43,819 bases of DNA from positions 1 to 43,819 of the IMG/VR virus record IMGVR_UViG_3300007643_000003; one strand, written 5' to 3'. The position numbers and the translations under genes were made by a program. This DNA is from a virus (taxonomy: Duplodnaviria > Caudoviricetes). Shown here piece by piece: positions 36,932-43,819 of the stretch. The notes under the pieces were generated by a model. That model was not told the DNA's origin. It made no database searches and saw only the letters and a program-made list of their open reading frames with translations. Positions within the stretch are counted from its first letter, which is position 1. The number at the start of each line of letters is the position of its first letter.

Positions 36932-39900
36932 ATGACATTAGGCGTATCAGGCACACGCGGTGATGCCACAACGATTGATGTGGCAGGCGCTGTATCCAGG
37001 GCAATCAGCGGCCAAAGCTACAGCGAACTTTACTCAGGCACAGAAGAGGAGGGCATTGCAAACGGCGCTCTAGTGGCTGTGGGTGCACTAAGTGTGAATG
37101 TCTACCGTAAGGCATCGATATCGACCCAGCCCTCACTGATATCGCCTCTGTCTGGCTCTCAGCTCACAGGATCAAGCGTCACGCTCATCTGGAGCCATGG
37201 TGCGAATGACAACGCCCGACAGTACGACGTTCATCTGAGCACTCAGCCCCAGCCATCCGATGACTCGAGCCTAGGCAATGACGTGGCGGATTCTGAGGGC
37301 ATTGGCAACACGGATCGCGTCACGTTCAACTTCATCGGAACCCAGGGCAGATTGCTCTACGGGCGTATTCGCTATAGCGATGATGGCTGGGTCAACCAGG
37401 GCACGACCACGGTTGCCGATGGCGAGTACGTCGATTTCATCTTGATAGAGGCGGACATTGCGCAGACGGGCAACATCCACGAGCTAGTCGGCTACGACAT
37501 TGTTGCAAAGTACCTCTCCTATTCACCACCTGTGATCAATCACACGCCGGATGAGACGTTTACCAGCATCTCTGCGTTAAAGGCGAAGCTTGATAGCAAG
37601 GTCAATCATTCAGTAGGTGGCAGGTCGGCTGTGTATTGGCTTGCCGCTGGTTCTTCACACACGATCAGCAGTCAGATCGAGCCTCGTGTTACCAACTGCA
37701 TTATCTCAACCGACCCCAATAACCCAGCAACAATCAACGGTGGCGGGAGCAGGACGGGTACAACAGGTTCTAACTTTGGTTTCCTACTCGACAATTGTAC
37801 TAACACAGAAGTCAGCAATTTCAACATCACGGGCATGCGTTACCACGGCGTGGCGGTGGGGCGTGAGGACAATGAGCCTGGTGGGTTAAACAACCGGGTT
37901 CTCAATTGCGTGATCACGAACTGCGGCACCTCCGGTGTTGCGGTGCGCAATCAAGCAAACGATACGCTGCTCGAAGGGCTCCGCATCAGCGCCATTGGAT
38001 CTGGTGACACGCTTGGTGAGGGCATCTATCTCGGTTTTGGTAATGATAAAAACAATGGAAATCTATCCAACCACGTATTTAATACGACGATTCGCGGTTG
38101 CGAGATATTCGATACCAATGCCGAAGCGATTGATATAAAGCGGCACAGTCGCAGCGTGCTGATCGAGTTCTGCCATCTGCATGATATCAGCGTGAAATCT
38201 CAAGGGGCGATCACCGTGTTGCTCTCGATGGGTAACGGGTACACCACAAACTACGATGCGAACGTGCGAATCCGCTCATGTTTCATTGATGGTGTCACCA
38301 CACGAGAGTTTAATGGCGATGGCATTGTGGCAGCCCTGGGCAGCACAATCATCGAAGACTGCATCATCAACAATGTGGCAGGCAATGGCATCTCGTTTTA
38401 CTCGGATTTTGATGGTCCTAACAAGGATGGCATTGCACGCAATAACATCATTTGGGATTTCGGTGGTGTGGCGATAGAGGAGAACCAAACCAATGGTAAT
38501 GGTTCCAGCACAGCAAACGGCACCATCACACGTTCAAAAAACTACGTTGAATCAGGCTCGGTAGCCAGTGAGACGACAACACCGCAGTTCTTAGGGCCTT
38601 TCCCGGCCGCCAGCGTCAACGCCTTCAGTCCGAGCGGTGACGGCGTTGTCGTGGAGCCTGGCACTGGTGATACATTGACTGCGACACTGGGTAGTCAGGA
38701 TCTCACGGAGACGACGGCCAAAATTCGCTGGACACCCTCTGTGCCAGCCACAGGGCAGATATTCTTTGGCACCTCTGCTGATAACTTGAATCGGTCCTCA
38801 GTGCTGGAGTCCTCCTACCTGAGTGCTCACTCGCAAACGATCCCTAACAACCCGCCGACGCCGCTTCTGGATGCTGCCACCACGTACTTTTTCGAGGTGC
38901 GTGGGCAAGATGCCAATGGAGAAACCTACACGCAGCCAGGAACGTTCACCACGCCAGGCTCGGCAACTGATGCTATAGCGGTTAACAGTAATCGCGGTAC
39001 AACTGGATCCACATCCCTTTCACATAACCTTTCAGATAACGACACACCGTCCGCCACAGGGGTGACAACGTACGTCCTGGAGGGTACTGCTACCAATGTG
39101 GTTGTGGACTCGCTGAACGCCACCACGGGCGCCTACACGGGCACGGTGCAGGCTGATGGCAGTTGGTCATTCAGATACAACATGCTGCTCGACGGGGTCA
39201 TTGTCAGCACGGCATTCGAATCGGGTGTTTATAGCTCCACGCCTATAGTAGCGCTCTATGTGGATGAAAATACCGGCAGCGACTCGAATTCAGGCACCCA
39301 ATCAAACCCTTACCGGACCATCAGCAAGGGGATTGCCGAGGCCACAACGGGTGATACTGTCTATGTCCGCGCCGGCAATTATGGTGATCAACCGTTCAAT
39401 CTGAACAAGAACATCATCATCGAGGGCTGGAAAGACAGCCCAGGTGATCGGCCAACTTTGGCCTTATTCAATGATGCAGATTTCACCATTGACTCAGCCC
39501 TAATACCAGTCATCGACAAGGGTTTCCGGAACAACAACAACACAGGTATCACCGTATCCGCACCAGGTGCAACCGTGATCTCATTTGCTGTGCGCCAGTA
39601 CAAAGAATGTTTTTACATGACGGGTGACAACACGCATGCAAAGAACATCTATGCCGCTGATTCTAGTCGATTGGATACCGGAGACTATTCGGGCAAGGGT
39701 ATCCACACCAGGCCAGGGGCAGATGGTTGCACACTGGACAATGTGCGTGCCAGGAACGTCTCTGCTGAGTCCCTGGGCGTGTACGGGTCCAATGGTACTT
39801 GGAGCAACTTCTCGGCCTATTGCAACACACAGGCCAATGGCATACGTGATGTGACCCAGTATTACCTAATTGTTGTGGGCAATAACAACAACATGAGCAA

Positions 39901-40516
39901 TTTGGTGCTCAGGCGTGAGTATGGCATCACGCGGCATGGCGGTCACCTGGCGTTCAAGTCCGACCCGCAGGGCAACACACTCGATGGCTTTCACAACATC
40001 AACATCGACAACGCTGTGCAGCTGCGTCATCAGGAAGCGCGATTCAATACGATTCGCAACGGGGTGATTGACGGCGGTTTAGGTATCTGCTGCCGCGATG
40101 GCGGTCGAGACAACAACATCGAGGATATTGTATTCAACAATGTTCGATACCCGATCTGGTTCCATGATGGTACAGAGGATGAGCCAAACAATACGGGGTT
40201 TAGTGGAGCTAACAACACATTCCGACGCCTTGTGATCAACAACGCATCGAACGCTGTGATTCTGACCAATGGGCTTGCTGCTGGAGTGCGGGACATCAGC
40301 GGCAATACCTTTGACGATATCACTGTCAACGGTGCAGCTGCGTTTGTTGAAATCGACGGCGGCGATCTGTTACCCAACAACATCTTCACCAATGTCACGC
40401 TGAACAACGTGTCAACCAAAATCTCCAGCGGCTCATCTCGTCCTGGTGGCTATCAGCTGGACAGTGGCTCCACAGCGGGCATCACGGTCAATCCGTCGAA
40501 CTTCTCGCTGCCCTAG
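36932..40516 (+). CDS. Large tailspike/adhesin with two beta-helix domains and FN3-like domains
   Basis: GEGIYLG...EAIDIK beta-helix, TTAKIRW...TTYFFEV (FN3), YVDENTGSDSNSGT..NPYRTI...GDTVYVRAGNY (DUF1565-type cap) plus a second beta-helix. Confidence 0.85.
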   Translation: MTLGVSGTRGDATTIDVAGAVSRAISGQSYSELYSGTEEEGIANGALVAVGALSVNVYRKASISTQPSLISPLSGSQLTGSSVTLIWSHGANDNARQYDVHLSTQPQPSDDSSLGNDVADSEGIGNTDRVTFNFIGTQGRLLYGRIRYSDDGWVNQGTTTVADGEYVDFILIEADIAQTGNIHELVGYDIVAKYLSYSPPVINHTPDETFTSISALKAKLDSKVNHSVGGRSAVYWLAAGSSHTISSQIEPRVTNCIISTDPNNPATINGGGSRTGTTGSNFGFLLDNCTNTEVSNFNITGMRYHGVAVGREDNEPGGLNNRVLNCVITNCGTSGVAVRNQANDTLLEGLRISAIGSGDTLGEGIYLGFGNDKNNGNLSNHVFNTTIRGCEIFDTNAEAIDIKRHSRSVLIEFCHLHDISVKSQGAITVLLSMGNGYTTNYDANVRIRSCFIDGVTTREFNGDGIVAALGSTIIEDCIINNVAGNGISFYSDFDGPNKDGIARNNIIWDFGGVAIEENQTNGNGSSTANGTITRSKNYVESGSVASETTTPQFLGPFPAASVNAFSPSGDGVVVEPGTGDTLTATLGSQDLTETTAKIRWTPSVPATGQIFFGTSADNLNRSSVLESSYLSAHSQTIPNNPPTPLLDAATTYFFEVRGQDANGETYTQPGTFTTPGSATDAIAVNSNRGTTGSTSLSHNLSDNDTPSATGVTTYVLEGTATNVVVDSLNATTGAYTGTVQADGSWSFRYNMLLDGVIVSTAFESGVYSSTPIVALYVDENTGSDSNSGTQSNPYRTISKGIAEATTGDTVYVRAGNYGDQPFNLNKNIIIEGWKDSPGDRPTLALFNDADFTIDSALIPVIDKGFRNNNNTGITVSAPGATVISFAVRQYKECFYMTGDNTHAKNIYAADSSRLDTGDYSGKGIHTRPGADGCTLDNVRARNVSAESLGVYGSNGTWSNFSAYCNTQANGIRDVTQYYLIVVGNNNNMSNLVLRREYGITRHGGHLAFKSDPQGNTLDGFHNINIDNAVQLRHQEARFNTIRNGVIDGGLGICCRDGGRDNNIEDIVFNNVRYPIWFHDGTEDEPNNTGFSGANNTFRRLVINNASNAVILTNGLAAGVRDISGNTFDDITVNGAAAFVEIDGGDLLPNNIFTNVTLNNVSTKISSGSSRPGGYQLDSGSTAGITVNPSNFSLP

Positions 40517-40527
40517 CGCCGCATGAC

Positions 40528-40551
40528 TGGGGTATGTGTTCAGTTCAAAAT
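40528..40551 (-). repeat. 24-bp direct repeat, copy 1
   Basis: TGGGGTATGTGTTCAGTTCAAAAT, 22/24 identical to 40833..40856. Confidence 0.85.
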
Positions 40552-40552
40552 A

Positions 40553-40816
40553 TTGTCTTTAAAAAGGGCACTAGTTCAACCTAGTCGTCCTGTCCATAGG
40601 CGTGTACCGACGCCTCGTTTTAACCTTCTGCCTAATCTATGGGGCGCTATTCCATCTACCGTATCCCTCGTATCAAGGGGTAACACCTTCTCAGGCCATG
40701 CAAACACGGGAAGCGCTCTCGCTATCTCGTTAGGCTATATCGTTACGCAGTCTCACCGAACGAAGTCTGGACAGGCTGATTACCACTCGCGTAGTGTCGG
40801 CCCTTGTTAAAAACAA
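40553..40816 (-). ncRNA. Putative structured RNA domain C (~264 nt)
   Basis: 17-bp terminal stem (40553..40569/40800..40816), inner stems CCTGTCCA/TGGACAGG, GCCTAA/TTAGGC, AGGCGT/ACGCCT; GCGA tetraloop on the - strand. Confidence 0.7.
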
Positions 40817-40832
40817 CATCTATTCTCCTGTG

Positions 40833-40856
40833 TGGGGTCTGTGTTCAATTCAAAAT
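40833..40856 (-). repeat. 24-bp direct repeat, copy 2
   Basis: TGGGGTCTGTGTTCAATTCAAAAT. Confidence 0.85.
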
Positions 40857-40859
40857 TAG

Positions 40860-41020
40860 TGGCCTACTGATTAACGGCTGGCCTGCCGCCCGGCTTTCTC
40901 ATTTGTACTCACGCGGATAACGAATCAGCTTCGTTGCTGGGTCGGTTCCCAGCCTTGGTATCAGTGCTGTCTCTCCAGCTGTCACGTCCGCGAATACTGG
41001 CAGTCACACTTGCACCACCG
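40860..41020 (-). ncRNA. Putative structured RNA domain B
   Basis: CTGCC/GGCAG and GTACTC-CGCGGA/TCCGCGAATAC stems closing a junction of three hairpins (40919..40935, 40936..40953, 40966..40979). Confidence 0.7.
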
Positions 41021-41046
41021 TATCGCTGTCATAAGTATAAGCATCC

Positions 41047-41161
41047 GACGTTCTAACTCTAGGCCCGCTTCGACTCGGGGCAATTGCATAGCGGCCTTCT
41101 GCAATCACGCGCACGTTTTATTTGAGGGCCATAAGTTGGCCAGCTACCGCGTCCGAACATC
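41047..41161 (-). ncRNA. Putative structured RNA domain A
   Basis: GAUGUUC/GAACGUC closing stem (U-G pair on the - strand) with hairpins at 41127..41141, 41083..41105 and 41064..41079. Confidence 0.6.
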
Positions 41162-41164
41162 TAC

Positions 41165-41193
41165 AAATTACCACGGCTTTATCCTAGAGTCAA
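41165..41193 (-). promoter_or_regulatory. Sigma70-type promoter driving the ncRNA region
   Basis: TTGACT (41193..41188), 17 bp, TGG-TAATTT (41170..41165). Confidence 0.7.
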
Positions 41194-41252
41194 TGTAAAC
41201 CTGCAATTCTTCAATGTGGTATGCTTCATCACATGACTACGACTAGCCGCAT

Positions 41253-41870
41253 ATGACGAAGAAAACGACCACAGAAGACGATTTCACGCTTGTTGGGTAT
41301 GCAAGGGTCTCCACTGTCGATCAGTCCGTGCAGATGCAGATAGACGCGCTACTGAAGTACGGTGTTGAAGAACACAACATCTACAGTGAGAGCATGTCCG
41401 GCGTGAAAAAGAATCGGCCCAAGTTGGAAGCTGCAATGCGCCAGCTACGTGAGGGCGACACGCTGGTTGTGTGGAAGCTGGATCGTGTTGCACGTTCGAT
41501 CAATAACTTGCTTGAAATAATGAAAGACCTGGAGGATCGCGGTATCAAGTTTCGCTCTATCACTGAAGGCGTAGAGACAGAGACACCGACCGGCAAAATG
41601 ATACTTGTGGTAATGGGTGCGCTTGCTCAATTTGAGCGTGATCTGATTGTTGAGCGCACACGCGCAGGTGTAAAGGCAGCGCAGGAGAGAGGTGTTCAGT
41701 TCGGTGCAAAGCACAAGCTGATGCCCTCGGAAATGCCGAAAGTATGGAAGGCAGTAAACGAACAGGGTAAGACGATGAAGAGCCAAGCCGAGAAGTACGG
41801 TGTGGTCCCTGCAACAATCAAACGGCGACTTGATGAATATGAGAAGTCGCTGATAGCCAACAAGAAATAA
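41253..41870 (+). CDS. Small serine recombinase (resolvase/invertase family)
   Basis: GYARVSTVDQ, RPKL, GDTLVVWKLDRVARS, AQFERDLIVERTRAG, C-terminal HTH. Confidence 0.95.
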   Translation: MTKKTTTEDDFTLVGYARVSTVDQSVQMQIDALLKYGVEEHNIYSESMSGVKKNRPKLEAAMRQLREGDTLVVWKLDRVARSINNLLEIMKDLEDRGIKFRSITEGVETETPTGKMILVVMGALAQFERDLIVERTRAGVKAAQERGVQFGAKHKLMPSEMPKVWKAVNEQGKTMKSQAEKYGVVPATIKRRLDEYEKSLIANKK

Positions 41871-41885
41871 AGGAGCATTAAAAAA

Positions 41886-42347
41886 ATGAGTCGATACGCT
41901 CAAAACACAGATGTTCCAAGTGATAGAAGTCGCGCAGAAATCGAGAAAACGCTGTCACGCTATGGCGCGTCCAGCTTTATGTATGGCTGGCAGTCTGGCG
42001 CGGCATTGGTTGCGTTTGAGATGTCTGGCAGGCGCATCAAGTTTCATCTGCCGTTGCCGGACAAAGATCAATTTGGTAAAACAGATACAGGTCGTGAACG
42101 CGCATCGAATCAGATTGAAAAAGCGTATGAGCAGGCAGTTAAGCAGCGATGGCGTGCATTGGCACTAGTGATCAAGGCCAAGCTCGAAGCTGTTGAAACA
42201 GGTATCACTCAGTTTGAAGAGGAGTTCATGGCGCATATTGTTTTGCCCAACGGCTCAACTGTCGGTGAATTTATGGTTCCGCAAATTGCCAGTGCATACG
42301 AATCGGGCAGAATGCCGCCGATGCTGCCTGCACCAACTGAACATTGA
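41886..42347 (+). CDS. Phage hypothetical protein
   Basis: AAGGAG RBS; YAQNTDV..DRSRAEIE..L.RYGA...WRAL.L.IKAKLEAV..GI..FEEEF. Confidence 0.85.
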   Translation: MSRYAQNTDVPSDRSRAEIEKTLSRYGASSFMYGWQSGAALVAFEMSGRRIKFHLPLPDKDQFGKTDTGRERASNQIEKAYEQAVKQRWRALALVIKAKLEAVETGITQFEEEFMAHIVLPNGSTVGEFMVPQIASAYESGRMPPMLPAPTEH

Positions 42348-42356
42348 GGAGAATTC

Positions 42357-42563
42357 ATGAGTCACTGTCATGGATGCGCGCATTCTGCACCTGAAATGCG
42401 ACTATGCCCCGAAGGGATTCATTATTGTGATCGTTGCGGTGAAGTTTATTGTGACGATTGCTTGCCTGAAGCAGTCGTTTCACTTCCGGGCGATGTGAAT
42501 ACATGTAGCGCGTGCTATGAAGATGATCACAAGCACACCGTAAAGGAGAATATAGAGCAATGA
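42357..42563 (+). CDS. Small multi-CxxC zinc-finger protein
   Basis: GAGGAG RBS; CHGC, CDRC, CDDC, CSAC. Confidence 0.7.
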   Translation: MSHCHGCAHSAPEMRLCPEGIHYCDRCGEVYCDDCLPEAVVSLPGDVNTCSACYEDDHKHTVKENIEQ

Positions 42564-42865
42564 ATATCGCGGGAAAAACGCTGGAAGAATGGACAGAGCT
42601 TGCACGTCGTGATGACTGCTTCGATAAAATGGTACCCAGTGATTTAAGGGTGATATTGGGCAGAATATCAGACCTAGAGTCTGCCTTGAAGGACTCGCAT
42701 TTTGGCGACCGTTTCAATAGCAACTGTGTAGGCGCGCTTATGGAAAGCTGTAGCTACCAAGAATTCAGTCTGCGTAGAGATCAGGCGTCTAGGCAAACGA
42801 TTGAGCCACACCCATTACTCGCAAAGGAGAAGTCACAGTATGACTCTTCTGCACCTAGCTACTAA
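42560..42865 (+). CDS. Hypothetical phage protein
   Basis: AAGGAG RBS, ATGA overlap. Confidence 0.7.
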   Translation: MNIAGKTLEEWTELARRDDCFDKMVPSDLRVILGRISDLESALKDSHFGDRFNSNCVGALMESCSYQEFSLRRDQASRQTIEPHPLLAKEKSQYDSSAPSY

Positions 42866-43091
42866 AGCCGTTGCACTTGCCACGCAGCACCCTTGCCTGA
42901 CTCATGGGCACATATGGGAGTTCGAGGGCGGCAGGCAGTGTCCAGTCTGCGGTGACACTCCAGAGTGCTCACAGTCAGTATTCAAGTGCAGGCGTTGTGG
43001 CCAGTATGACTACGGAGAGAAAGGCGGTCCTGGCTACGCTGAGACCTTAGAGACACACAACATTGAGGAGAAAATTACGTCGTGCAGTTGA
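42840..43091 (+). CDS. Small zinc-ribbon protein
   Basis: AAGGAG RBS plus ATG; GHIW...CPVC...C...CRRCGQYDYG. Confidence 0.7.
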   Translation: MTLLHLATKAVALATQHPCLTHGHIWEFEGGRQCPVCGDTPECSQSVFKCRRCGQYDYGEKGGPGYAETLETHNIEEKITSCS

Positions 43092-43291
43092 TCGTTCTAC
43101 AGTACAGCGATTGGTGTATGGGCAAGCCATTGTTCAACAGTATATGCACTGCAAGCAACTCGCAGCCTCTCCAGCGATAAGTCAAGAAGCTAAAGTAAGA
43201 AAAGCTTTTGCGCTGAGTCAAGCGTACGAATCCGCACCATTGCGAGCGGCATTGTTGACTGACAAATATTTACTGACAATGGAGCAATAGC

Positions 43292-43450
43292 ATGTCACAA
43301 CCACACGGCGACAATGCCCTGAAAGAAACAGCGGCCATGACAGACATTGTTTCTGCATTACAAGGTCTCGACCCTGAAAGTGTTCGGCGTGTACTCGCAT
43401 GGGCAGTTGATGTGTTTGTCTCACAGCCAGATACAAAGGAGGATTCTTGA
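43292..43450 (+). CDS. Small hypothetical protein (not in the ORF track)
   Basis: GGAG RBS; 52 aa MSQPHG...ALQGLDPESVRRVLAWA. Confidence 0.65.
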   Translation: MSQPHGDNALKETAAMTDIVSALQGLDPESVRRVLAWAVDVFVSQPDTKEDS

Positions 43451-43590
43451 TTGGTGAGCACCGTTACGGATTCAGCCTAGCGAACTGGAACGGGAGGTAG
43501 CGCAAACCTCTGATCCGTTAAATGACCGCGAAATTCCTCGTTATCGGCCAGCCAAACGGTGCGGAAACGGTAACGGTGCTCACTAATCAA
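43447..43590 (+). ncRNA. Putative structured RNA closed by a 21-bp stem
   Basis: TTGATTGGTGAGCACCGTTAC / GTAACGGTGCTCACTAATCAA (one G-U pair on the + strand) with internal hairpins. Confidence 0.65.
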
Positions 43591-43616
43591 ATATCTAAAA
43601 AGGAGAGCTAAAACCA

Positions 43617-43679
43617 CTAGACAACGGCAGGCCCGAACCGCAGCACAACACCATCGAACACGGCGAATCCTAGACAACG
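43617..43679 (+). promoter_or_regulatory. Putative integrase arm-type binding sites (right)
   Basis: CTAGACAACGGC (43617) and CTAGACAACG (43670) match the motif at 142. Confidence 0.7.
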
Positions 43680-43720
43680 AAACCATCGGAAACGTTGATC
43701 TGCCGCCATTGTCAACCAGT

Positions 43721-43771
43721 CTTTTAATCAGGTGGTCGCTGGTTCGAACCCAGCACGCCCCACCATTGAAA
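43721..43771 (+). repeat. attR core (duplicated tRNA-Lys 3' part)
   Basis: 51-bp identity with 49..99. Confidence 0.97.
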
Positions 43772-43791
43772 TTCTCCCGTTATCCAGACTT

Positions 43792-43810
43792 GCCTGCTGG
43801 CAGGCTCTTT
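43792..43810 (+). terminator. Probable original host tRNA terminator
   Basis: GCCTG-CTGG-CAGGC followed by TCTTT just outside attR. Confidence 0.45.
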
Positions 43811-43819
43811 GCTGACCAC

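Larger units (their letters stand above)
49..43771. mobile_element. Complete lambda-like temperate prophage (43,672 bp between att cores)
   Basis: Flanking 51-bp direct repeat, integrase next to attL, and full immunity, replication, lysis, head and tail modules. Confidence 0.97.

Noticed and set aside
40528-40856. 24-bp repeats as a CRISPR array
   Set aside because: Only two copies, 305 bp apart, and no cas genes in the window
40553-41161. CsrB-like sponge for the phage CsrA
   Set aside because: GGA motifs are present but several lie in predicted stems rather than in repeated hairpin loops; kept only as a testable option
40523-41198. ORFs 40523..40810 and 41010..41198 (+) as proteins
   Set aside because: No RBS, atypical composition, and they coincide with extensive base-paired structure better explained as RNA
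43447-43590. Retron msr-msd (a1/a2 inverted repeats) or DGR element
   Set aside because: No reverse transcriptase (YxDD-type) gene in the prophage and no TR/VR pair seen
43721-43765. Second tRNA gene
   Set aside because: Only the 3' half is present; it is the attR duplication

Overview
The window is one complete ~43.7 kb lambda-like (long, non-contractile tail) temperate prophage. It is integrated in a tRNA-Lys(UUU) gene (18..93) and bounded by a 51-bp direct repeat (attL 49..99, attR 43721..43771). Gene order: two-gene cargo locus, tyrosine integrase and excisionase-like gene, early-left genes including a phage csrA, a cI/cro switch with 14-bp operators, O/DnaC replication genes with iterons, dNMP-kinase-like and Ref/RusA genes, a Q-like antiterminator, a lysis module (M15 endolysin, 3TM holin), an unusually placed fibre/depolymerase cluster, a lambda-type cos site, terminase, portal, ClpP-capsid fusion, tail genes with a G/GT frameshift, and a glycan-targeting tail tip (GH16-like, CBM-like and beta-helix proteins). 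A serine recombinase and a small-gene operon run toward attR. The strongest candidates for something new are: (i) a ~630-nt transcription unit at 40528..41193 (- strand) with no convincing protein gene, carrying a sigma70-type promoter, three compact structured RNA domains and a 24-nt repeat, divergent from the serine recombinase; (ii) a RusA resolvase whose two halves appear to be written in overlapping reading frames, one fused to a Ref nuclease; (iii) a further structured RNA at 43447..43590. All protein assignments come from motif recognition by eye, and no database searches were run.
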